The notes under the pieces: model-generated
What the model was told of the DNA's origin: nothing
The model's input: only the letters and a program-made list of their open reading frames with translations
Databases searched by the model: none
Shown here: piece by piece, positions 14,701 through 27,500 of the stretch
Position numbering within the stretch: position 1 is the first letter of the stretch
Layout of the letters: every line of letters begins with the position of its first letter
Source: Lingula anatina
Taxonomy: Eukaryota; Animalia; Brachiopoda
NCBI GenBank assembly: GCA_051362555.1
Contig: CM120642.1
Coordinates: forward strand, 14,508,001-14,572,000
Direction: 5' to 3'
Length of the DNA: 64,000 nt
Translations under genes and position numbers: made by a program

Positions 14701-15066
14701 CACTCTAAGCTGGGGTCCTTCCCTCAGCCGCTTCCCTCCTTCCTTCCCTCTCTCCTTTCTACCTTCCATCCTTACTCTCTTTTTAAATAGCGTTATATCA
14801 GGGGAGTGTTGCGTCATGGGATGAAGAGGTCAAATTAGTAAGTAACAGGGTGTATTTAAGTTAAGTACTTGAGAGCGTGATTGTCATTAATTCTGGGAAA
14901 TGGTGAGGGTGCTTTGTTCATATCCCACAGCTTGACCGAATTAATTTTTGCACAAATATTTTTTTGTTCCAATTTTCATGATTAAGTCATGTTTGGACAT
15001 TTTCTAACTCAAGTAAGATCTAGAGTGCCTCCAAAAACTTAATTGTTTTGTTTTGGTCTATAAGTA

Positions 15067-15882
15067 GGGGAGACCGGGGCTAGTTGGACCCCGGGGTAAG
15101 TTGGCCCCCAGTCAATTTATGAAAAAGTAACTACGAGGTAAAAAAATTGGCCACATACTCTTGCAAAGTGACCGTAGCCTACAATGCTAAGGAAGTGTCA
15201 GACGTTAAAAAGTTTTACTTAGGCGGTGAGTCGAAATAAACGATTTTTGCACCTAAAAGTAATTTTGTTCAAGAGATTTCAAAATCTATTTTCATAGGTT
15301 TTTGATCGAATATAAGATATGTATAGGGCATCAAACTGAAGTTCATTGTTTCAAGTTTCACAATGATGTATCATCGTTGCTCATGCTAGCACCATAAATC
15401 GCTACCATCCTTTAAAATAAATAATGTGCACCCGGGGCTAGTTGGCCCCCTTGACTCGGGGCAAGTTGGACCCTCATATTACCCACAAACCTTTGCCCGC
15501 AACGCTGTTTGAAATAAACAAGTTGGTGAAATTGACAAAGCTTGCCGGTGTCTATTACCGTCTGATTGATTTTTTTAAATTTTCTCTCTGGTGTCTTTTT
15601 GAAAATTTATATCAGAAATATTCTGTTGATTGTAAGTATTAAAAAGCAAATCCATTGGACTTTCCGTAGAAAAACATTTATTTTGCCTTAATTCATTGAC
15701 GTCAACTGCGTTTTTCTTCAAATTGTGAGCCATTTGGCATTATATTTGAAAAATAATGACGTTGCATACGTAGCTTAGTTCATAGGGCTTACTTTGAAAC
15801 CGGTTTTGTTACTCTAACCCACTCCTAGTTGGCTCTACAAGGCCAAAAGTGTCTAACTGGGCCAACTAGCCCCGGTCTCCCC
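15067..15882. mobile_element. 816-bp non-autonomous DNA transposon (Tc1/mariner-pogo-like MITE, TA target)
   Basis: Perfect 21-bp TIR ggggagaccggggctagttgg / ccaactagccccggtctcccc. TA on both sides (15065-66, 15883-84). TIR motif repeated internally near 15432-15472. No transposase ORF. Confidence 0.85.
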
Positions 15883-16398
15883 TACAGACTAAGACTACAC
15901 CTTACAAATGCTAACTTTGGCAGTATCACTGAAGTTAAGTTTCTATTTTTGAAAGAGAGTTAAGTCGTAATTATACTGGTAATGTTGTCTACTGTATACT
16001 TACATACAGGAACGCTATTTAACAGCCTTTGTTGAAATTCAATTAACAATTTATTGAATTAAGTTTTTGTTTAAATCAGCATACAGTATCGGCAAATTTC
16101 TATTGGTTTTGTAATGGATACGCGTCGTTTGTGAATTTTTTTTATATCAAAATATTTTAGAGAAATTTAATCCCAGTAATTCAAGCAACGGCTTGTTTCA
16201 AATTGTTTAAACTTTATAGTTTTTAACAACAGTCGTTCTGTTCTTTCAGGCCCTTCAACGATATGTGGAGGAAAACACTAACAGAATTTTTAAGAAAATA
16301 CCTAATTAAAAAAGAAATAAGCCGTTTAAAAACTAAGACGTGGTGACAATATCTGACACAGCTGATGATTTTTGAGTAATACCATAAAAGCTGAAATC

Positions 16399-19300
16399 AT
16401 GGTATTCTTTGACAGAGATAAGAAGTTGCATTACCTAAGAATATTAGATCCATCCTATGATAAGCTCAGTTTTGAAGAAGATCCACAACGGTTGCGGCTG
16501 GAGGACCTGGCAGGCTGGACCGAGTTGCGTGCAAGTTTTGCCGAACTCAATGCACTTCCAGCAACGATTGGGTGGTGTAAGAATCTAAAAGAACTTTACT
16601 TGCAAGGCAACAACTTGACGTCGCTACCGATCTCTCTGTGTTACGCCAAAAATCTCACAGTTTTAGACATTTGTGCCAACAGCCTGTATGAATTCCCTCT
16701 TTCTATATGCAATAACGAGAATTTAGAAACAATATATCTTAGCGGCAACCACTTACACAACATTCCCCCAGATGTGTCAAAACTGACTAAACTGAAACGT
16801 TTATGTTTAAGTGACAATCAGTTCACGATATTTCCTGAGGAAGTGTGCAATATTCCGAATCTCGAAGTTTTATACCTGTGGCGAAACATATTATCTTCGC
16901 TACCAGAAGCCACGACCAATCTGTCAAAGTTAAAAACACTTGATATTTCGAGGAACAGTTTCCTTGAATTCCCAACGCCTGTTTGTTTTCTTCAATCAAT
17001 TGAGTCCTTGAACATTTCTGGTAACAGAATAGAGGTTATTCCAAATGATATTTCAAAACTGACCAATATGTTGATATTTGACATTAGATGGACTGGTGTA
17101 ACAAAGTTGCCGTCTTCTATGTCACAACTAACGCAATTAAAGTCGTTACTGTTAGAGGAAGACAGCATGGTAAGACCACCTGCCACAATTTGCCAGCATG
17201 GAACTGACGCAATTCTCCAGTATTTGTTCGCACTGCTGGAAACCAGAGCAAGTAAGGCATGTATCCTGCAACTGAATTTCTTGGGTGAGGTGGCACGAGG
17301 CAAGACCAGCTTGTCAAGAACATTGCAATCTGGGACGCCATCCTTAACCTCTTCCGTAGATAGAACATCGGTTGTTGAGCAAGGCACATGGAACCCAGAG
17401 GACCATATACGATTTAACATCAACGATTTTGGCGGCCATCAATCGTACAGAGTGGGGCACCCGCTGTTCATCTCAGAGGCCGGTGTTGTATGTATCGTGT
17501 TCAACACCCTTCAGTATGATCCATTATCGGAAGAGGACTTTACGAACAACATTGGCGACTGGATTGACATGATTCAGTCTAGATATCCTGGTATAGACTT
17601 GGTGGTTTTGGGTACACATGTTGACAGGTGCGATGAAGTGAAAGTTGATGAAATCCGTTGCAGTATACAACGAAGAATGCAGGCTCAAGCTGAGAAAAAG
17701 CAAATGTTGCTGGACCAACAAATCGAACATTTGGAGGAACAGATTAGTAGAAACAGACGTTGCGATCTCCCTTTCCTGGAGGCTTATCGAGACAAGTATG
17801 AAAATCTGAAGTCTCTACGTGAATGCACTAAAAATAAAACTCATCCAATTTTCATGGTCAGTTCACAAACATTGCTTGGGTTTGGCGATCTAGAAATATA
17901 TCTTATAAAATTAGCAGAGGCAAAGAAAGTGGAACTGCCAAAACGCTGGTTAGATTTAGCTAGCACTATACTAAAAGATTCAGGGAACTTGCTCACAATC
18001 GACTACGATTATCTTAGACAGAAATTCATGAAGTTGAACGATGTAACCATAGACTTGGCGCCTACCAATGCGAGCAGTGAATTTAATAATGTTATGTGCT
18101 TTCTTGCTTCCAGCGGAGAAATCATTTGGTTCGAAAAGCACCCTGCCTTGAAAAATACCATTTTTCATAGACAGCGACTACTTGCCGACTTACTACGGGT
18201 TGTACTGGACCACAATAATTACGCTCGAGTTAACTTTTTTCTTCAGGAAGGTTTAATTACACAGATGGAGATGGACGACTACACTTTAAGAGGAATCGTC
18301 TCCAGAAATCTGTTGAAGAATTTGTGGAAGACATTCAACCTTAACCATTTTGACATTGACACAATGACAGAATTGCTGAAATCATTGGAGCTGTGTTATG
18401 AGGTACCATGCAAATCCATTATGAGCAAAGACAGTGCCTACCATTTCCCTTGTTTGTTGACGGAAGGGAAACCAGAGCATCTTTCAACAAAATGGCCGCA
18501 CGAGATTTCCCATGAAAAGCACCAATTAAGCCTGAGATTTCAGTTCCATCATGGATGCCCTTGCGGTGTATACGAAAAATTCTCAGTCAGACTACATAGG
18601 CACTTAGGGCTGTTCAAGTTGCGGAGGGTAGATTGGAAAGATGGCTTGTATGCAGAGTTGGGAGCCAACAGCATTCTGGTTCTCCGCCAGCAGCGTGGCA
18701 GAGAATGCACTATCACCATCTCCGTTCGGGGAAAGAAAATACCACAGTTGTGGGAACATCTGTTAAATGCACATAACGACTTGCTGAAAATCCAAACTCG
18801 AGATTGGCCAGGACTGCATTTCACCAAGCACCTAATCTGCCCCCACTGTGAGCGCCTATGCTTGCCAAACCCTTCCGTCTTCCCTGGCGAGATATTGGAC
18901 CTTGAACGGCCCTCAAATGAAACTCGTGGTTTCTACTCTACGGTGCCGTGTGACAATGCCGTGCCTGACAGGTGTATACCCGCCAGCATGGTGATACCGG
19001 CCATGGCAGGTAATGAACTAGTTGTTTCTTTTGTTTGCATAAATAAGAATTGGATGATAAGTTCTTAGCCCCTTGGTGATTTTATTGCAATATCAGTTTT
19101 TTGTAATGTGAAAAATGACAATTTTCAATGCCAATGACAATCTATTTTGTGCATTTTTTTGTGCATTTACACCGAATAAAATCGCCAGAGGGGTAACAGT
19201 AATCTTATGTCTACGAAAAAGATCTTGCCCCAACTAGACGCTATTTTAATTATTGTTTGTACATGTTTACTTTCAGAATTTGCTCCCATGGCCGAGTACA

Positions 19301-19566
19301 ATAAGGCAGCACTCCGCGCTCACCAGAAGGCGCTGGTTGACGATATCACAGAGCCGTGCTTGCGGGACGTCCTGCTACGGTTCCAGCAAGAGGGCATATT
19401 CTCTGAACGAGAGGTGCTGACGGTGAAGAGTCGCGATTCACAAAGAGAGAGGAATGTTATCTTCCTTGACATCCTCAGGACTAAAGAAGAGAGAGCATTT
19501 TATGAGTTTACGCGATACTTGGGAGCCAACGGACAGCTTCATCTCAGCGAACTCCTCCAGTTATAG
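16399..19566 (+). CDS. LRR-Roc-COR-CARD ROCO protein (MFHAS1/MASL1-like with C-terminal CARD), ~966 aa; exons 16399-19009 and 19277-19566
   Basis: About 10 LRRs of 23 aa (e.g. LKELYLQGNNLTSLP). Roc motifs: G1 GEVARGKTS, G3 DFGG, G4 GTHVD, G5 VSS. COR motifs: LPKRW, FLASSGEIIWF, LELCY, YHFPCLL, ICPHC. Phase-1 intron GCAG|gtaatg ... ttttcag-like tttcag|AA joins in frame to a CARD-like six-helix domain (LRAHQKALVDDI...GIFSERE...FLDILRTKEERAFYEF...LSELL). Acceptor upstream of the ATG at 16249/16250. Confidence 0.88.
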
Positions 19567-20771
19567 TATATTTGGAGAACGTTTGTGTTATATGATTAAT
19601 GAAATCTTAAGACAAAGATCGGTGCTCAGGCTGCACATTCATTGTTTACAGTTTATTTTCTGTCGAAGGATGGACTTAATACGGATTTCGAAAAGAAATT
19701 AATGCAATATGCAATGGCATATAATACTGCAGTATTCCGTAACTTTTCTCTCTGGGAATAACTCGAACCTTGGACATAATAACGAACTGATACCAAAACT
19801 TTCCTGAGTCAGATTAGAGCCCCTAGAATTAACTATCTTACATAAAGAAACCCTTCTGTAAATGTGAGAACCCAATGCGTCTTGATGTTAGTGAAAGGGT
19901 ACATATTGATGTACATGTATGTCAGACAACCTTGGGTATTGTAACCTCGCCCTAAACAATTTGATAGACTTAATTTTTGCATATTGGTGTGGTTGAAAGA
20001 TCAAGATAAAGGATAACTTCTATGTGTAACAATAAATAAATAAATAAATAAACAAATACTTTCACCCCGAGTATGTATTGTTTTAAAAAATATGAACGAA
20101 GAGGGGGTTATACTCAAGCAGGCGAAAAATTCATTTCTACATTTTGTCATCGAAACATTTTTTAGTTTTGAAATCTGATATCACGTGAAATGTCAGTTTA
20201 AAAAAAGCCGTGTTGTGCCACGAGCGGTAAATATTGACATAACCATCTTCTTCATGCAACAGAATGCTGACATTGTTTACATTTACTGTCCTTCTCACGC
20301 TATCCTTATGATTGTTTGTACAAAAAATAAACAAATACGTGAACAAAATGTGTTCGGCGTGCCTACCAGTAATGGATGTTTCTCTATTTGGCTAGGCTCA
20401 ACATCCGTTTAGCGTGTTTAGGAGCAATAACTGTCTAGCATCGCTTCCTCTCGAATTACACGGTAGTATAATTCAACTGCATTTGTTTATTAGCCATTTT
20501 ATTTCCTTGTACGGCCTAGGACTCTTCATAACCAAGGCGAACCCGGTTTAGTCCAGTTGCGTTCGTGGATGCCGCACGATACATACATTAATTGAGAGTC
20601 TTCCCGTTTAGTGTTATATAGTTTATGATATTTCGTTTGATAGCTCTACTCCAGGAACAGCTATGAATCAAGGAAAGGTTTTATTAATAGTAACTTTACT
20701 GGTTCTGGTGGCCGTAGTGTACCCGTTCGGTAAGTCTACTGTGTGTGTATGTGTATGTGTGTGTGTTTGTG

Positions 20772-20773
<2 letters not shown>

Positions 20774-20807
<34 letters not shown>
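20774..20807. repeat. (GA)n microsatellite preceded by a degenerate (GT)n
   Basis: Direct reading. Confidence 0.9.
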
Positions 20808-20812
<5 letters not shown>

Positions 20813-23800
20813 TAACTAATTTTTAAATTCTTGAAACGGGGTGACCAGGGACTCGAGATACCCAAATAATTCAGTAAAACACATTCGACCTGAAAATGAT
20901 AACAATGATATGTATCCAGTATATTGGGGTTCAGTGGTCTTAACAATGTATATGTGTATGCAATGCTGAATATTTATTATTTGTTCCCATATTATATATT
21001 TAGTGTACTTGAATAGAGTCAATCTGATCTATCAAGGTAGCACGCTATATTTACAGGAACATCCCCTTGTCACACCGCGGGAGGTCAATGTTACTGGTCG
21101 GGAACCATGTGGTGCCGAGGCGATGTGGCCAAATTGAGCTGTGGAGAAAAATTTCCGCCACTGCCCGACAATTCGTACGACCTGGGCTATGGGTGTTGTA
21201 TGGGGAAACCGATGCCGTATCTTTTCAAGTAGAAGATACCAGAAGGGATCAAAGTCAATGGCAAAGATTGGGAAGGCATTTTGTCATTTTAATGAGGACG
21301 TACCGTGCTTTTCATTTATGTTTATGTATGTTGTGAAATACGCAAAACAGGACACTGATATTAATAATTTTACGTAATCATGACCAGAACACACTCTTTT
21401 TGTCAATCGTTGTCCACATTTTGGTGTTATTTTAACAATATATCTGAATACAACCGTTTCGCATCGTTTTCTGAAATTTAACATTTGAGTAATTTACAGC
21501 GTCAAGTGATTCAGAGACAATTTCGGAAATGTCATCCACTCAGGAAATAGGATATATTATCAATTGGTACGATAGTATTTGAAAATTGATCAAAGCCAAG
21601 CATTTGATGAGTGAGTGAATTAACTTATTATACAATGATTGTCAGTGGGAACTGACCAAACCTCTGTATACGTGGAACCTATTCTGTATGTGTGCGAGTG
21701 TCCAATAAGTTCACATGACGTTGTATGTTTTGCAAATGTTTTAATGTGGAGACCTAAGTCTCGATCTACATGTAGGTACACTATACTTTATCTAGATTTG
21801 ATGTCGCATGGACCGCACTTCTAACACGGTTCATGTGCTGACGTAGATAACTGAATGGTTTCCTTAGAACTCAAGTCAGCAAGCAAGGACATCAGTTCTG
21901 TGATTCACTCTTATTCTCTATCGAGCATTGTAACCCCTATATTTAGAACAACACATAAAAATAAAATGAGGAGGATCTGCGAAAGGATTGATTGCAATCA
22001 CGACACTTGAATTTTACCTACAAAATTTATTTCACTAATATCAAATTTTATGGACTCATGATTTGCTACAAAAGATAAATCACTGCTTATGTAAACAAAA
22101 TTCGAGTAGGCTGAACTGGTTTCATGTTTCAGAAAATGTTCTTAGGAATATACATTTAATGAAATTGAGCAATTAATGATCTTGAAACAAATCAATTTTT
22201 CATGCTATAAGTTGTCACTTATCAGTTACCAATTGTCTTTGCAGTACAATTAAACATCAAATTATATCTAAGAAAGGCAAACCACCACATAAAATTTACC
22301 TGCTTAGAAAAGGATAACTATGTGCAGGTTTTAAGGCATACATTATCTACACATGTTAACTCAAGCTTGTCAAAGATACTACATGCAAATAGACTAAAAC
22401 GTATCTGAACACAAACTAATACAATAAAACCATTATACTGTCCCAATAGCAAATCAATATGATTTATCTTTGATGAATATCACCAGCTGTACAAAGAATT
22501 AAGATAAAGAAAGTATACCCTCTGCCTACCAATACTACCAGGGGATCTAGATACATATTCAATACTTTGATTCTATCCGGTCATCATCACATCAAAACAA
22601 TAGCCTTATTAAACTTTGAAGAAAGTTACAAGATGGCCACATTGGATCTTCAAGTATATAGTGCCCAGTAGAGTAGGAATATTGGCAGACTCATACTTCA
22701 ACCAAAGCTACCTCTTTTCTTAATATCATTGGTAACCAAAACTCCAACTTTCAAACTTCTTAATAAAAAAATTACAATTTGAAATAGGTCCAGATATTTA
22801 AAAATAAATAAATAAAAATAAGTAAATAAATATATATTCTTTACTTGGTCATGACTATCAACAGTGGAAGTATAAAATTATCTTGTCAGTCAAGTATAAA
22901 AAAATTCATTAACTTGGTTAAAATTTGTCGATCAACAAATATTTTTCCTTTCAGACAAACCGTGAGCAAATAACACAAATCCCCACATTACCGTTACTAA
23001 TATCAAAAAATTTTTAAATACACCTCAAATTCTAAAATAATTGTTTTCATAATTGTATTGTTAATGTTGAAGAATTATTGATAACTATAACATACATCCA
23101 ATTCATCTGAGGTATATATCTTTTGATGAGCTTAAAATCAATATGTCAAACTATAATTTAATAATTTCTGCACATGTATTAAAAAAACCTTTTCATAGTA
23201 AAACATCATGTAACAGCAGCACTTCTCAATTCTTGTGTTTTGTGACACCCCAGCCACTTATCAAATATGTACCATATCTGTACATTTTACATCAGTACCG
23301 TCATAAATGACAAATGTCAGACAGTGAGATCATAGTTGAAATATAATGTAATAGTAATGATATGATTGCCATGGATAGCCCATATTGATGAAAATGCAAG
23401 GAGTCCAATTCACATCACGTTTTGTTGGATGGTCTACTCATTAAACACTTTCTGTTAATGTTTATAACTGGAAATGATTGCTGACAGCAGACAGAAGATG
23501 AGCATTATATGACTTACATAAGTTAGTCTTGAAATACTTGCAGAAGGCAAAACTTAGAAAACATTAATATTACTCAAATGCAATACAAAAAGTGACCTTG
23601 AAACATATTTGGATTGTGTTTTGAAAAATGGACACTGACATCCGACATTTTGGGAAATTACTAACAAAAGTGATCAAAAATATACAAGTGGAGCATTTCA
23701 GACAATATCTAATGTAAAATGAGCAAAAGTTGTGTGTATAAAAAGGAAAAATGAGGTAATGTTGTCTTTAATGTGAAGCATGACTAAGCATGGGTAATAA

Positions 23801-24056
23801 TAATGATAATAACAACTGCCACTGCAGCCAAAATGACAATGAAAAATGGCTGACATTTCTTATCATTTTTGCCCTTCCAATCCTTTTTTCCAGTCCTTTT
23901 ATAAGAGTTTTTTCTATCATGATTTTTCTCTTTCAGTCAACTTTACTACTGTACTATATATATATATAAAGGCCTCTTCCAACAATTTTGTTAGTGTAAA
24001 GTTTGCTCACCCCACTAGTAAAGATACAAAAGTTTTTCTTTTCTTCTCATTTCATG

Positions 24057-24487
24057 TTATACATTGTTACACTCTTGCTGTCCTTGAATCAAAGCTTTCT
24101 CTTCATGGGGAACTGAAGCTGGCTTATCATGCAGGGAATCATTTGGTTTCAGCGGTTTCATCATAATGCCTTCATCCTCTAACTGATTCACTGTAAATTT
24201 CATTTCTGGGTGAAACTCTCGTAACCACTGGCGGCGGGCTGGGCTGAGGGATTCATAGTACTGCTCACGGAACTTGGTTGGCACTGGACCCCAGTCCACT
24301 GCCGGGCGACAGAGCTTCTTGATTCTCTAAAAACAAGACAAAGGACAGAAATATGATGAGAGCCATCAACTAGTCCTTGAATATATCCAAAAAAATATTT
24401 ATTAAAAACTGAAAATCTTGCCTCCTAAATCAAAGCTGAATTAAACTTGAATACAATTTACTATTCAATAAATAAATAAATAAACTG

Positions 24488-24523
<36 letters not shown>

Positions 24524-27500
24524 CTGTGAAAAGTACAAAGATTTCTAACTATAGTATACTGATAGACCCCATTTCCAGAGATTAGATCAATCTACTTTAG
24601 ATCGACCTAACTCCCTGGGGGTTCACGCTAAATAGCTGTCAGCTGGGCGGACACGAAAGTTAATTACTCCCTTACAGCTTGTAGTAGGCGGGACGGACAT
24701 TTAAGCCGGATTATCTGACAGTAATCTAGTGAGACTCCCCGCGGGGATAGATCGATCTAAAAGCTCTGGGAATACAGCCATAGTGACTGATGCTTTTCAA
24801 GAGTACAGTTTTCATGAGATCTTATAAATAATTAACACTAGGGGACCTACTGTATAACTTACCTGCAAGATTGGCCCTTTTTCCCTCACAATCTTCAGAA
24901 TCATTATTCCAGGTATAGGCAGTATAGAGCAGAGGGCTAGGAGCCACCCAAGAACAATAGCCCATGCTGGATAATGGTAATCCCCATATGTTACCGACTC
25001 ATGTTGAAGGAAGGTGGCGACAAAGATGAACTGGTGGGAATTACAAAGTGACATAAAAGGGTTTCATTTATTTCTTGGAAAAAATCATGGAAAATTAATT
25101 CTTATTTCAGAGTACTAACAGCAACTCAGAAACCTAGCACAAATGAAAAATGACATAATTTTTCATATCTGTGATAGATCTACCTATTTCATAGGAGAAA
25201 AAAAAACTGAAAACCTGTTTTGAATTACCTATACACAATTTAGGTGTTAAGTAATCCATATCTTATCAGCCACAGGATGAGCAAATGTCAAGTGAATGTT
25301 TCAACCATTTCTGTCATTACCCAATTATAACAATTAAATTACACAGCATTATATATTTGAGTTAAGAAATTACTCACAAGTATCACTGCTGGGGTCACAA
25401 ACAGCCAGGAATATTTGTACAGTATTGGAGGCTTACGCCCAATCATCAGCTCTATGTCCTCATAAAAGCGGTCGACTCCTGCAAAAACATATTTATATAT
25501 AAAATGTATTTTTTGATATACGAAGTTGAGGCCATTATTACCAAATAATACATATTTATTTATAAATACATTTTAAAGCCAACTATCCTAAATAAAAGTA
25601 ATATTTTCAGAATACTTAACATTTTACATTTCAGAGAAAATGATCAAGATTTTTATACATTGCCTGCAACAGAAACAAATGTTGTTGAACATACATTTAC
25701 CAACACAATCACAGCAGCGAGAAACATTTCAGAAGTCATCAAAAAGAGAGAAAATAAATGAAAACTACTTCTTACCATACACATAGGCCACCACAATACA
25801 CTCCATAAAGGAGAAGACCATAAGTGAATACGTGGAGCTGTACCAGTCCATGATCTGGAGGATATAGATCCCACCCTGAATGAAAAATAAAAGACTGACA
25901 GATACATCACTTTTAAAGCATAATTATTCACTAGCCTACATTCCATCAAAAAGATCTATTCTCTTCTTAAGAATGGCCAGAGACTTCTTCTTCTCTTTGT
26001 GGTATTGGCTATTATATACACTCTGTATTATGTGGTCATTACCTTAGTGACAATAACAATTCCAAGAAGGAACTGTACAAAACAAGTGGCAGCAATAAAC
26101 AGGGTCTTCCTCTTCCTCAGGAAATGTGGGTACTCATCCACAAAGGCAGATGTCATAGTCTCAAACATACCAAACTGAAAAAACAGATTTATTATCATGC
26201 AGTGCACTAAGAGAGCACATGTCTGACATAATCAATAATGTGTACTAAACTAGAGGATCAGAGAGGCGATACCGCCTCCGAATATTGTACCACCAGCTGG
26301 AGCAAGCGCATTCATATAGACCCCCACATACACAAAAGAAGGGACACAGCCACCAGTCTTATGCTTGACAAGCTGTAAAAATGCAATCAACAAGAATTTT
26401 CAAAATATGCAAAAAATATATATAACTTAAAATGGTACAATCAAAGTTAAGTTCATCGTAAGGTAGGTCAAAGGTCAATTTCAAGGTCACAGTAAATTGC
26501 CAGTATATGACTTCCTATTCAACTTTAATGGTAACTATGGAACTATCTCTGCCAGGTTTGGAGATAAAAGGGAACCAAAATTTGCAAAGTTCAATTCATG
26601 ATAAAAAGTAGGTCAAAGGTCAATTTCAAGGTCACACTTAGATTGCCAGTATATGACTTTCCATGCAAGTTCAATAGAAACTATGGACCTATCTCTGACT
26701 TCCTATTCAAGTTCAATAGTAACTATGGACCTATCTCTGCCAGTTTTGTAGATAAAAGGGAAGAAAAATATGCAAAGTTCAGTTCATGGTGAAAAGTAGG
26801 TCAAAGGTCAATTTCAAGGTCACAGTAAAATTGCCAGTATATGACTTCCTATTCAACTTCAATAGTAACTATGGACCTATCTCTGCCAGTTTTGGGGATA
26901 TAAGGGAAGCAAAATTTGCAAAGTTCAGTTCATGGTGAAAAGTAGGTCAAAGGTCAATTTCAAGGTCACATTTAAATTGCCAGTATATGACTTCATATTC
27001 AAGTTCAATAGAAACTATGGACCTATCTCTGCCAGTTTTGGAGATAAAAGGGAAGCAAAATTTTCGAAGTTCAATTCATGGTGAAAAGTAGGTCAAAGGT
27101 CAATTTCAAGGTCACATTTAGATTGCCAGTATATGACTTCCTATTCAAGTTCAATAGAAACTATGGACCTATCTCTGCCAGTTTTGGAGATAAAAGGGAA
27201 GCAAAATTTTCATAGTTCAATTCATGGTGAAAAGTAGGTCAAAGGTCAATTTCAAGGTCACATTTAGATTGCCAGTATATGACTTCCTATTCAAGTTCAA
27301 TAGTAACTTTGGACCTATCTCTGCCAGTTTTGGAGATATAAGGGACTAAATGTTATAATTTTGGAGTTACCTTAATGTGCCATAAATTTCCTACAGAAAA
27401 AATTAATTAAAATAAAGAAAAGGTCATTTTGGTCGAAATTCTTGAAATGGGAGGTGCTCTGAAGTTCCAGAAGTTCAAATTTGATGAAATAATGTCATTT

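Noticed and set aside
450-14824. Numerous 60-130 aa ORFs in the left 15 kb and in 35-49 kb
   Set aside because: No domain motifs or consistent exon chains; several are microsatellite translations (HTHT, YIYI, CVCV).
16372-16398. TTG start for the ROCO ORF (and TTG/GTG starts of other track ORFs)
   Set aside because: Eukaryotic context; the first in-frame ATG is at 16399. The M4 and SLC6 ORF starts in the track are mostly intron read-ins.
16992-18827. Antisense ORFs overlapping the ROCO gene (and those within the M4 genes)
   Set aside because: Shadow frames of real CDSs with no recognisable motifs.
26440-27345. CRISPR-like array
   Set aside because: The 'spacers' are themselves near-identical, so it is a tandem satellite. 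No cas genes, and the context is eukaryotic.
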